Notes: generated from the sequence alone by a model not told the origin. A stretch of 64,000 bases of DNA from Candidatus Helarchaeota archaeon (GCA_019058315.1 JAHPZH010000006.1:1-64000), one strand, 5' to 3'; numbered from the stretch's first letter, positions 29,362 through 38,596 are shown. Made by a program: numbers and translations.

Positions 29362-31560
29362 TTGGAGACTTCGTTTGAGATGTGTGCTTTAAACGTTCTA
29401 TCATTGAGAGTAGAAGAAAGCGAATTGATAGATGTAGGAAAAATAAGAGTTCGATTAGACCTTGAGGCAATGAATGCGCTAGATGTAAAAAGTGGAGATA
29501 TAATACAAATTATTGGAAAAAAAACTACAGGTGCAATAGCTTTAAGAAGCAAATTAGAAGATAAAGGAAAAAGTTTAATTAGAATGGACGGCATTATTAG
29601 AAGTAATTGCGGAGTAGGCTTAGGAGATATTGTTAAAATAAAGAAAACTCGTATTAAGTCTGCTATGGGTGTATCAATTGCAATGTTAGGAAGGGATCCA
29701 AATATCCCCTTAGACTCAGAAATTAAAGAATCTATAAGAAACAGTTTAATAGGCAGACCTGTTAAAAAAGATGATATTATTAAAAGTGCAATCCCATTTA
29801 GTAAATCTGAACGAAAATTCGTAGTGTGCCGAACTGAACCTAATGGAATTGTAAAATTCTACGAAAAAACGGATTTGACATTATTACCAAAGGTTCCAGA
29901 TAATATCCAAACTGATCGAGTTCCAGATGTTACTTATGAAGATATTGGAGGATTAGAAGGAGAAATATTACGTATTAGAGAAATGATTGAACTACCCTTA
30001 CGTTATCCAGAATTATTTGAACGTTTGGGAATAGAATCTCCAAGTGGGGTTTTACTACAAGGTCCACCGGGTTGCGGAAAAACTTTATTGGCTAAAGCAG
30101 TTGCAAATGAATCCAACGTATACTTTTTATCCATCAATGGTCCAGAAATTATGTCTAAATTTTATGGGGAATCTGAAAAAAGAATTAGACAAATATTTGA
30201 TGATGCAGAAAGAAATGCTCCAGCAATTATTTTTATTGATGAAATTGATAGTATTGCACCTAAGAGAGAAAATGTTACAGGAGAAGTAGAAAGAAGAGTT
30301 GTAGCACAACTTTTAGCTTTAATGGATGGTCTAAAATATAGGAATAATGTAATAGTTATTGGAGCAAGCAATCGTCCCAATGCAATTGATCCTGCATTGA
30401 GAAGACCGGGTCGTTTCGATAGGGAAATAGAAATTGGAGTTCCTGATAAAAATGGAAGAGAGGAAATCTTACTTATCCATTCAAGAGGAATGCCTTTAGA
30501 GGGTATTGATTTAACAGAATTTGCCACAAGAACTCATGGATTTGTAGGAGCGGATCTTGCGGCTCTATGTAGAGAAGCTGCAATGTTTGCACTGAGGCGA
30601 ATAAAACCAAAAATCAATTTTGCAGAATCAAGAATACCATTTGAATTAATACAACAATTGGGTGTTCAAAAAGAAGATTTTGAACAGGCATTAAAAATTA
30701 TTGATCCTTCTGCCTTAAGAGAAATTTTTATAGATATACCTTCAGTACCGTGGGAAAGTGTTGGTGGATTAGAAGAAGTTAAACGGGAATTAGTTGAATC
30801 AGTAGAACTACCAATAAAAAATCCAGAGTTATTTAAGAAATTTGGAATCAAACCCACAAATGGAGTATTGTTATTTGGTTGTCCAGGTACTGGTAAAACA
30901 TTAATTGCAAAGGCCGTTGCTACTGAAAGTGAAACAAATTTTATTGCAGTTCGTGGTCCAGAAATTTTTTCAAAATGGGTGGGCGAATCAGAAAAAGCAA
31001 TAAGAGAAATTTTTAGAAAAGCCCGCCAAACTGCTCCATCGATAATCTTCTTCGATGAAATTGATGCTCTTGCTCCAGAACGAGGATTAAACCCAGGACA
31101 CAAAGTAGTAGATACAGTTGTAAACCAACTTCTTTCAGAAATTAGTGGGTTACAGAATTTAGAACAAGTCATCTGTATTGCAGCAACTAATAGACCAGAA
31201 ATTTTGGATAAAGCTTTACTACGCCCTGGTAGGTTTGATAAACTTATTTATGTCCCCATGCCTGATGAAAAAGCAAGACTCACAATTTTTAAAATACATA
31301 CAAAAGATATGCCGATTACCCCAGATGTTAATTTAGAAAAATTAGCTAGTTTAACAGATGGATATTCAGGAGCAGATATTGAAAATATTTGCAGAGAAGC
31401 AGTTTTATTATTAATTCGAGAAAATCCTGATGCTGAAATTGTACCTATGAAGCATTTCGAAGCAGCTTTATCTAAAATTAAGACAAGCGTTAGTAAAAGA
31501 GCTTTAAAAAGTATGAAGGGCTTTGCTGAAGAATTAACTTGTAAAGAAATTCCAGAATAA
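29362..31560 (+). CDS. cdc48: CDC48/VCP/p97-family AAA ATPase
   Basis: N domain plus two AAA modules (GPPGCGKT, GCPGTGKT; RRPGRFDRE, LRPGRFDK). Confidence 0.96.
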   Translation: METSFEMCALNVLSLRVEESELIDVGKIRVRLDLEAMNALDVKSGDIIQIIGKKTTGAIALRSKLEDKGKSLIRMDGIIRSNCGVGLGDIVKIKKTRIKSAMGVSIAMLGRDPNIPLDSEIKESIRNSLIGRPVKKDDIIKSAIPFSKSERKFVVCRTEPNGIVKFYEKTDLTLLPKVPDNIQTDRVPDVTYEDIGGLEGEILRIREMIELPLRYPELFERLGIESPSGVLLQGPPGCGKTLLAKAVANESNVYFLSINGPEIMSKFYGESEKRIRQIFDDAERNAPAIIFIDEIDSIAPKRENVTGEVERRVVAQLLALMDGLKYRNNVIVIGASNRPNAIDPALRRPGRFDREIEIGVPDKNGREEILLIHSRGMPLEGIDLTEFATRTHGFVGADLAALCREAAMFALRRIKPKINFAESRIPFELIQQLGVQKEDFEQALKIIDPSALREIFIDIPSVPWESVGGLEEVKRELVESVELPIKNPELFKKFGIKPTNGVLLFGCPGTGKTLIAKAVATESETNFIAVRGPEIFSKWVGESEKAIREIFRKARQTAPSIIFFDEIDALAPERGLNPGHKVVDTVVNQLLSEISGLQNLEQVICIAATNRPEILDKALLRPGRFDKLIYVPMPDEKARLTIFKIHTKDMPITPDVNLEKLASLTDGYSGADIENICREAVLLLIRENPDAEIVPMKHFEAALSKIKTSVSKRALKSMKGFAEELTCKEIPE

Positions 31561-31585
31561 TCTAAAAAATCTAATTTTTTTATCC

Positions 31586-32304
31586 TTAACCTATTATTTT
31601 TTTAATTTCCAACAGATTCTCGATAATATAATCTGGTTTTTTATCCTTAGAAAATTCAATACTGCGATTATGTTTTCTTTTTATTAAAACTGTATTTATT
31701 TTTGCATTTTTCCCTGCTTGAATATCCAAATCTGTATCCCCAACAATATACATATTCTTATTTGAGAGATTATACTTTTTCATAAATTCAAAAATGGTAT
31801 CAGGTTGGGGTTTTGCTTTGTATTGTTGTTCAGTTCCAAGGAGATAAATTTCATGAAATATTTTATTATAAGGTAAATCAATTAAATCTAGTTCGAGATT
31901 TGCAATTGAAGCCGGAGTATTACTAATAATACCTAATTTTATGTCGTTTATAAATTTTAGTTCGTTAATTATGCCTCTAGCATCATTAAATAAATAAATT
32001 TCTCCATTTTTAATCATTTTTTTTCTTTCAATTAAATCCTCTTCGTCGAAACGTTTCCAAAAATCATCTATATCAAAGATTCCCCAGTTTCTAAGATATT
32101 CATCAAATTTCCTTCCAGAACGCCAAAAGGTGTGAATTTCTTGTTTGGTAAGCTCTTTTTTAGTTAGAATAAAAACAATCTTTGTAATTATTACGTCTAG
32201 AATTTCAAAGAAATTCTTGGGAACGTGGATGAATACACTTTAGAAAAATATTTTCATAAATTTGTGCCATCCAAATCAAAAAGAAGTCCGATGTTATTTT
32301 TCAT
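31586..32304 (-). CDS. HAD-superfamily (phosphoglycolate phosphatase-like) hydrolase, 229 aa, split by a 29-nt BHB intron; exons 32304-32262 and 32232-31586
   Basis: Exon 1 encodes MKNNIGLLFDLDGT (HAD motif I); exon 2 continues ...IHVPKNFFEILD and carries motifs II-IV (IISN, KPQP, VGDTDLD). The ATG overlaps the end of the upstream gene. The ORF track shows only the C-terminal 143 aa. Confidence 0.85.
32233..32261 (-). other. Putative BHB-type pre-mRNA intron (29 nt) in the HAD hydrolase gene
   Basis: Minus strand TGGATG-GCAC-AA^A-TTTATGAAAA-TAT-TTTTCTAAA-GTGT-AT^T-CATCCA: 6-bp outer helix, 4-bp central helix, two 3-nt bulges, inner hairpin; splicing gives GAT GGC ACA ATC ATC CAC. Confidence 0.85.
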
Positions 32305-32764
32305 GATTTACACTTTTAGATATTTCTAATAAAATTTCAACTGCTTTTCTTACAAATTTAACACATTTTTCTTGTAAAATATTTAATTTAATAAGTTTTT
32401 CTCGATCTTCTGGATCTCTTAAGTCACATTGAATTAATTCATAACACATTTCGCTTTTAAATTCGTTTTTAAATCTTTTAATGAATTCATTAGCTAAATC
32501 ATATGCATATTCTTTATCTTCATTACTATTTGACCTACCATATTTTAAATTTATTGCCAAGATCGCACCATTTACGGAACCACAAACAGAACCACTTCTA
32601 CCTATTCCTCCACCAAATGCCGTGGCAATTTTAGGTGTTATTGGTCCAATATTCCATGCTTCTTGCATTGTCATTAAAACGCTCTCAGCACAATTATATC
32701 CTTGTGTAAAATATGCTGTTGCTTTCTTCGGAAATTCTTGATTCTTTTCTCTCATTTTTATCAC
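32294..32764 (-). CDS. C_GCAxxG_C_C family putative redox protein
   Basis: GYNCAESV, FGGGIG..GSVCGSVNG, MCYELI, KCVKFV. Confidence 0.88.
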   Translation of the reverse strand: MIKMREKNQEFPKKATAYFTQGYNCAESVLMTMQEAWNIGPITPKIATAFGGGIGRSGSVCGSVNGAILAINLKYGRSNSNEDKEYAYDLANEFIKRFKNEFKSEMCYELIQCDLRDPEDREKLIKLNILQEKCVKFVRKAVEILLEISKSVNHEK

Positions 32765-32847
32765 TAATTATTGAACATAAAGTAATAATACAAAAGATAT
32801 TATTTCAATTAATTTCATTAGTTAATAAAAAATAAGGGCTGATTTGT

Positions 32848-33627
32848 ATCGAAATAATTGATACCCATATTCATTCTATATTTAGAAGTAATGACGATTT
32901 TATTAATTTAGTTAAAAAAGGGGTCACAAAAGTTATTAGTGTATCCTTTTATCCAATTGTTCCTTATTATTCTAATACTTTAATTGATTTATTTAATTGG
33001 ATTATTGAAGATGAACCCCGTAGAACTGAATCTACAGGAATTACTATTCATCCTGCTATTGGTATCCATCCCCGATCGATACCTCAAGATCTAAATAAGG
33101 AAAATCTACAGAAACTTAAATTAAAAATCGAGAATGCTATTGAAAATAATAGGATTGTGGCATTAGGTGAAATAGGTTTGGAGTCTGCTACACTAATAGA
33201 AAAGGATATTTTTGAATTTCATCTTAAAATCGCAAAAGAATTCGATTTTCCTGTTATTATACATACTCCTAGAAGGAATAAAAAAGATATTACAAAAAAA
33301 TCTATAGATCTAATATTAAGAAATAAAATAGAAACGGGTGTTTTAGACCACATAGACGAACAAAATCTTTCATTAGCTAAAAATACTAGCTTAAATTTGG
33401 GTTTAACAGTTCAAATGGGAAAGTTAACTCCAGAAAATTTCTATAAAATAGTAAACGAAAATGAACATGAAAAAGATCGTTTTGTACTGAATACTGATAT
33501 TGGAAGAGACGAAGCAGATTTGTATGCGGCATATAAAGCTGTTAATATATTAAAAAATAACGGAATTAATGAACATTTAATAGATTTAATCGCATCTAAA
33601 AATGCAAAAAAGTTATTTAAATTATAG
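32848..33627 (+). CDS. TatD-family metal-dependent hydrolase; true start is upstream of the track ORF and apparently non-canonical (ATC)
   Basis: Frame open from 32836: ...IEIIDTHIH...AIGIHPRSIP...ALGEIGL...IHTPR...LDH...LNTD; no in-frame ATG/GTG/TTG before the DxHxH motif. Confidence 0.8.
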   Translation: MEIIDTHIHSIFRSNDDFINLVKKGVTKVISVSFYPIVPYYSNTLIDLFNWIIEDEPRRTESTGITIHPAIGIHPRSIPQDLNKENLQKLKLKIENAIENNRIVALGEIGLESATLIEKDIFEFHLKIAKEFDFPVIIHTPRRNKKDITKKSIDLILRNKIETGVLDHIDEQNLSLAKNTSLNLGLTVQMGKLTPENFYKIVNENEHEKDRFVLNTDIGRDEADLYAAYKAVNILKNNGINEHLIDLIASKNAKKLFKL

Positions 33628-33665
33628 AATATAAAAAAACAACAATTCAATTATAGTGATTTTTA

Positions 33666-34433
33666 ATGGAATTAACTAAAACTGATAAGATTTTTACTAT
33701 AATTTTAATTATTTTAGGAGTCCTTTCTGTATATTTTTATTTTAATCCTCAAGCAGGTGCTTTTTTAAGTTTTTCGTCTTGGAAAATTGATAGATTTTCA
33801 TTAAATGGAACATTATTAATTGTTTTTATTGTTTGTCTAATTGGTAATCTATTACCGATTCCTACTCCCTATACTTTTATTATAATTCCTGCAGCACTTT
33901 CGTTTCCAGATTTTTTCTGGTTAATTGGATTAATGGCCTCATTTGGAGCTTTATTTGGTGAAATTGTTGGTTTTTGGGTTGGTCGAGGAACAAAAGAAGT
34001 TTTAGAACATACTGACACAGATCTTGAAAAAATTGAGAAATGGAAAAAGCTCGCAAATGAAAGACCTAAATTTGTTATGTTTTTAATTTACATTTTCGGT
34101 TTAACTCCTTTAAATGATGATAATGTTATGGTACCTTTAGGTTTAGCAGAATTTGATTTTAAAAAGACTGTTTTTTCATGCTTTCTTGGAAAACTATCAA
34201 TGATGATGTTATTTGCAGCCGGTACAGTAATTGGAATAGATTTAATTTATAGTGTAATGGGATATTCCAGATTTGAACTATTAAACTATTTACCAGGTGC
34301 TTCAGGACAAGGTAATTGGTTGGAAGGTATGATATTATTTATTATTGTTATCCTAATAGTTTGGGGAATGTTAAAAATAGATATTGGTAGATTTTTAAAA
34401 GAAAAATATGGTGTAGAACAGATAAATGAATAA
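33666..34433 (+). CDS. DedA/VTT-domain membrane protein
   Basis: GALFGEIVGFWVGRG, FGLTPLNDD..MVPLG, FLGK; multiple TM segments. Confidence 0.8.
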   Translation: MELTKTDKIFTIILIILGVLSVYFYFNPQAGAFLSFSSWKIDRFSLNGTLLIVFIVCLIGNLLPIPTPYTFIIIPAALSFPDFFWLIGLMASFGALFGEIVGFWVGRGTKEVLEHTDTDLEKIEKWKKLANERPKFVMFLIYIFGLTPLNDDNVMVPLGLAEFDFKKTVFSCFLGKLSMMMLFAAGTVIGIDLIYSVMGYSRFELLNYLPGASGQGNWLEGMILFIIVILIVWGMLKIDIGRFLKEKYGVEQINE

Positions 34434-34439
34434 ATAACG

Positions 34440-35147
34440 GTGTGTATTTTGAAAGGTTTTATAATTATAGCTCATCGAGGAGCTAGTGGATATGAATTTG
34501 AAAATTCTATTTCAGCTTTTAAAAAAGCCATCGAATTAAAAGCGGATATGATAGAAACCGATGCTCAAATTACTCAAGATGGAACAATTATTTTAAATCA
34601 CGATAATGGTATTAAAAAGACCACTAATGAAAAAGGATTCATATCGAGATTAACATTAAATGAAATTAAAAAAATTCCGTTAAAAAATGGGGAAATAATG
34701 CCTACTTATCAAGATCTTTTAGATCTTTGTAAAGGTAAAATAGAAATAAATTTAGAAATAAAAGCACGAAGAGTTGAAAAACTAGTAACAGATATTACTC
34801 TAAAGAATGATATGCTAAAAGAAGTCGTATTTTCATCTTTTTCACTGAAAACTCTTAAAAAAATTAGAGAATATAATGATGATGCCAGATTGGCATATTT
34901 AATCATTATACAAGGTTCCTTTATTGCTAGGCTTAATTATTGGATGAAAAAATTAAGTGAATTAAAAGTTGAAAGTATTAATCCCTTTCATATGTTTATA
35001 TCTTCAAAACTTGTGAAAGAAGCTCATAAAAAAGATATTTCTATATATCCTTGGACAATTAATGATTCAACTAAAATTCGAAATTTAATAGAAGAAAAAA
35101 ATATAGATGGAGTATTTACAGATTACCCTGATATATTAAATAAGTAA
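34440..35147 (+). CDS. Glycerophosphodiester phosphodiesterase
   Basis: IAHRGAS..EN, ETD, HD, NLEIK, WTIND, TDYPD. Confidence 0.93.
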   Translation: MCILKGFIIIAHRGASGYEFENSISAFKKAIELKADMIETDAQITQDGTIILNHDNGIKKTTNEKGFISRLTLNEIKKIPLKNGEIMPTYQDLLDLCKGKIEINLEIKARRVEKLVTDITLKNDMLKEVVFSSFSLKTLKKIREYNDDARLAYLIIIQGSFIARLNYWMKKLSELKVESINPFHMFISSKLVKEAHKKDISIYPWTINDSTKIRNLIEEKNIDGVFTDYPDILNK

Positions 35148-36113
35148 TTAAGCACGTTTTTTCTTTTCTATTATTAATTTTCCTATATGCAAAAATAACT
35201 CATCTATATTTTGTCCTGTTTTAGCTGATGTTTCAAAGAAAAGATAATTTAATTCTTTTGCCAATTTTTTACCTTGTTTGTTAGATACCCTTCTTTGGTT
35301 TTCTAAGTCGATTTTATTACTAACTAACACGCAAACAACATCTTCTTTAGCAAATCGTTTGATTTCACTTACCCATTCACTAACGTTCCTAAAAGACTCA
35401 GGGTTTGTAATATCATAAAGAATTAAAATTGCTTCTGCACCTGGATAATAAGTCTTTCTAAATTTTTGAAATAGTCCCTCTCCTGAAACATCCCATGCAA
35501 CCAAATCAAGTGTGTCATCTTCGACAGGATAAGAATATTTGAAAATATCTACGCCCAAAGTAGGTTTATAATCCGCGATAAATCTTTTTTTAGCAAATTG
35601 AACCAAAAGAGACGTTTTTCCAACTCCTGAATCACCTGAAACAACTATTTTATAGGTATATCTTTTTTTTGGTTGTTTGCTTATTGGAGTTTCAACAATT
35701 TTTTTTGGTTTTTGATATTCTAATGAAATATCAGTTTTCCCTTTAATTACTTTAGCTACTTTCTCCACTGCCATTTCTGCGTAAGGAATGACAGAATCAA
35801 TGCTAGAATTCTGTTTTAATATTGTAGTTAAAATTTTTTGATCCTCAACTTCTGTAAACATCAGAATTTGGGTTTTAATTTGTAAGGTAGCATTTTTGAA
35901 AAAGCCAGTATCAAAATCTTTATGAATTTTTTCACCTAATGAGTGAAGAAGCGCTGTTAAAGCTCCAATTGTAAAATCTTCCAAAGAATCACTAAAAGTA
36001 GATGCAATAATTAGTCCATCAGAGTCTACTATTGCACATCCTAAAATATCGTCCGAAATTTTTACATATTCTCCTAAAACTTTATCTAACATTTCGGTTC
36101 CTATGATTGACAC
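35148..36113 (-). CDS. Roadblock/LC7 - Rab-like small GTPase fusion
   Basis: N-terminal AIVDSDGLIIAS roadblock; GDSGVGKT, PTLGVD, WDVSGE, NKID, ETSAK. Confidence 0.9.
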   Translation of the reverse strand: MSIIGTEMLDKVLGEYVKISDDILGCAIVDSDGLIIASTFSDSLEDFTIGALTALLHSLGEKIHKDFDTGFFKNATLQIKTQILMFTEVEDQKILTTILKQNSSIDSVIPYAEMAVEKVAKVIKGKTDISLEYQKPKKIVETPISKQPKKRYTYKIVVSGDSGVGKTSLLVQFAKKRFIADYKPTLGVDIFKYSYPVEDDTLDLVAWDVSGEGLFQKFRKTYYPGAEAILILYDITNPESFRNVSEWVSEIKRFAKEDVVCVLVSNKIDLENQRRVSNKQGKKLAKELNYLFFETSAKTGQNIDELFLHIGKLIIEKKKRA

Positions 36114-36256
36114 TGTTATTATTCCTCATTTTTTGTTTTTTTCTCATTGTTTTTTTTGAAATAAAAACTCAATAACAAATAAAACTCCATTATATAAATA
36201 TTTATAATGTGAATCGAATTTATTTAAAGAAATATTATAATTTGAGATGATTTTTC

Positions 36257-37753
36257 ATGAAAAAGAATAGTTATGATGCAATAATTATTGGTTCTGGTAT
36301 TGGTGGTTCAGCTTGTGCTGCACTTCTTTCGCATGCTGGTTTCAAAACCTTAGTTTTGGAAAAAAATGAAAGAATTGGTGGTTTTACATCTTGTTATCAA
36401 AAACAAGGGTTCACTATTGATATATCTATTCACGTCTTTTCAAATGGGATAAATGGGCGTTTTGGTAAGATTTTACATAGAATTGGCCTTGCAACTAAAG
36501 AAAAGGGAAAAATTCAAAGTCAATATCTTAAATTCGTTCCAAATTTAGATAGAAGAACTGCAATTAGGATGCCTAATCAAAAAAATTATTTTTCTATGGG
36601 ATCTATGCTTACACCACAAAGTAAAATTACACCTAAACCCGATTCTGGTAATATTCAAAAAACTGTGTCTAATTTAGGAATGAATAAAGAAGATATGAAT
36701 AATTTGATGAACATTTTTATGACAATATTGGGTCTTACAAAACGAAAAATCAGAAAATTAGAAGAAAACCAATTAACTTTAAAAAATTATATTGAATCAT
36801 TTACAAAAAGTCCATTTATCCACAGTTTTCTTGCGTTTACAGTTGGAGGAATGTTTGCGATTTCTCCACGAAGAGCAAGCGCGGCAGAATTTGTTAGAGG
36901 TATTCAAGAATGGTTTGGCTCCAATGATATGTCATATCCCCTAGGAGGAAGTATCGCTGTTCCACAAGCATTCCTTGAAGGTGTTAAAAAATATGGTGGG
37001 GATATTAGGACCAAAGCACGAGTTTCAGAAATCGTTATCGAGAATAATAGAGCTAAAGGGGTAATTGTTAATGATGAATTTATAGAATCCAGTTTTATTA
37101 TTAGTAATGCCGGAATAAAAAAAACTGTTCTCTCTCTAACAGGGGAAAAATTTTATGAGAATAATTACATTAACAAAGTTAAATCGTTAGTTCCATCAAA
37201 TTCTTCAATAACTTTTAAATTTGCTTTAAATAAACAAATAATACCCAAAGAATTTGGAATGGTAAATATATTCCATAAAAATTTATTAAATCCTAGTAAA
37301 AAATCGGAAGAAGGGGACACAAGATCTACAGGTTTTATGACTATGATACCGTCAAATCTCGATCCAAATCTAGCTCCTCCAGGAAAACAATTAATAATTT
37401 TTGGAACTTTAGCTCCAACAAAAGGCGTTGAAGATTGGAAAAAGTGGACGGATATGCATTATGAAGAAATTTTACGAAATTACCCAGAAATTGAAGACCA
37501 AATTATTTTTGTGGATGTTTCGACTCCTTTAGATTTGGCTCAACTTTCAGGAAAAAAGTATGGACCAATAGAATCTACGGCCTTAATTCCTTCGCAATCA
37601 GGACCTAATAGAATATCCTCAGAATTGCCGATTGATGGTCTTTATGTCGTAGGGGATAGTGCTGGAACTAATACTCATGGTATTGGAACACAACTTGCAG
37701 CAGATAGCGCTATCAAGTGTGCCGATTTGATAATTTCGAAATATAAGCAGTAA
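36257..37753 (+). CDS. Phytoene desaturase-family FAD-dependent oxidoreductase
   Basis: IIGSGIGG dinucleotide fold, LEKNERIGG, YPLGG, DPNLAPPGKQ, GLYVVGD. Confidence 0.85.
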   Translation: MKKNSYDAIIIGSGIGGSACAALLSHAGFKTLVLEKNERIGGFTSCYQKQGFTIDISIHVFSNGINGRFGKILHRIGLATKEKGKIQSQYLKFVPNLDRRTAIRMPNQKNYFSMGSMLTPQSKITPKPDSGNIQKTVSNLGMNKEDMNNLMNIFMTILGLTKRKIRKLEENQLTLKNYIESFTKSPFIHSFLAFTVGGMFAISPRRASAAEFVRGIQEWFGSNDMSYPLGGSIAVPQAFLEGVKKYGGDIRTKARVSEIVIENNRAKGVIVNDEFIESSFIISNAGIKKTVLSLTGEKFYENNYINKVKSLVPSNSSITFKFALNKQIIPKEFGMVNIFHKNLLNPSKKSEEGDTRSTGFMTMIPSNLDPNLAPPGKQLIIFGTLAPTKGVEDWKKWTDMHYEEILRNYPEIEDQIIFVDVSTPLDLAQLSGKKYGPIESTALIPSQSGPNRISSELPIDGLYVVGDSAGTNTHGIGTQLAADSAIKCADLIISKYKQ

Positions 37754-37871
37754 ATCTTCTTTTTTCTAAATTTCAGATCACTATTTGTGGAGTTTAAATA
37801 GGGATCTGAGAGTAAGAGTGCAATATGAAAAAAGAGTGAGAGCATTCCGAAAGTATTAGGATTTGATAAAA

Positions 37872-38102
37872 ATGATGCTACCATGTTTTAAATGTAAAAA
37901 TTGTAATACAAATTGGATTATAGATATCTATTCAGATTCTAAAGAAGGTATTATTCAAGAATTCATAAGCCAAATGTGTTGCCCAATCTGTGGGAAAAGG
38001 AATTTGAGAGTATGTTTTATTCGAAAAGTAGATGATGAAACTCCTGATATTATACAAGAGTCATTTAATAATTGTGATGAAATTACTCAATCTTTAATGT
38101 AA
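37872..38102 (+). CDS. Small zinc-ribbon protein
   Basis: CKNC...CCPICG; ATG at 37872/37875 inside the track ORF. Confidence 0.6.
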   Translation: MMLPCFKCKNCNTNWIIDIYSDSKEGIIQEFISQMCCPICGKRNLRVCFIRKVDDETPDIIQESFNNCDEITQSLM

Positions 38103-38127
38103 TTTGTATTCGAAAATTCTTCTTAAA

Positions 38128-38434
38128 TTAAGTTCCTCGTCTTCTATATTTACACCCTTTTATGGGACAAAATCTATATTGAGGAGCAGAAGATCCGGCA
38201 ACTGGTCTTTTAATAATCCATCCAGAAACCCAACCATGATGTGGACAGTAATATTTTTCTCTATCTTTTAAATTTTCATCTTGTTCGTCTTGTGTAACTT
38301 TAAAATTACATACATCATGTGTTTGTTTATATTTTTCATTTACTGGACATACATTCCCTTTACGTTTAATTAAATTTACGCGGGCTATCCTCAGAATTTA
38401 TACATCCAGTACAATCTACTGGAATTTCTTTCAC
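38128..38434 (-). CDS. Small double zinc-finger protein (~96 aa) split by a 16-nt BHB intron; exons 38434-38376 and 38359-38128
   Basis: Spliced product (M)KEIPVDCTGCINSEDSPRKGNVCPVNEKYKQTHDVCNFKVTQDEQDENLKDREKYYCPHHGWVSGWIIKRPVAGSSAPQYRFCPIKGCKYRRRGT; start GTG 38434, or ATT 38425 after SD GAGGTGA; absent from ORF track. Confidence 0.7.
38360..38375 (-). other. Putative BHB-type pre-mRNA intron (16 nt) in the zinc-finger gene
   Basis: Minus strand CCC-GCGT-AA^A-TTTAATTAA-ACGT-AA^A-GGG; contains the in-frame TAA; splicing gives CGT AAA GGG AAT GTA TGT in frame. Confidence 0.68.
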
Positions 38435-38596
38435 CTCATGTTCATATTTAATTATTGAAAGATTGTCTTTATACATTATAATAAATTAGTTTAATTTTTA
38501 AAAAATAAACTTCATATAATCCTTAATAAGAAAAGAAATTTATTTTATCAACTACTACTTAAAAAGCAATTATTTAATTAGGAGGAACTACTACCT

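Noticed and set aside
3736-31560. Inteins in MCM, RFC, Cdc6 or Cdc48
   Set aside because: Protein lengths are normal and Walker A regions are uninterrupted
31586-32304. Reading the HAD gene as a simple frameshifted pseudogene or programmed frameshift
   Set aside because: A 1-nt slip would leave about 9 extra residues right after motif I and must bypass stops; only the 29-nt BHB excision restores normal spacing, and the rest of the gene shows no decay
32836-32875. Possible BHB intron explaining the missing TatD start (hairpin GTATC...GATAC)
   Set aside because: No arrangement gave two 3-nt bulges with an outer helix, and excision would remove conserved codons
37825-37870. Selenoprotein read-through of TGA in ATG AAA AAA GAG TGA
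   Set aside because: The frame ends at TGA TAA nine codons later and does not join the zinc-ribbon ORF; no convincing SECIS
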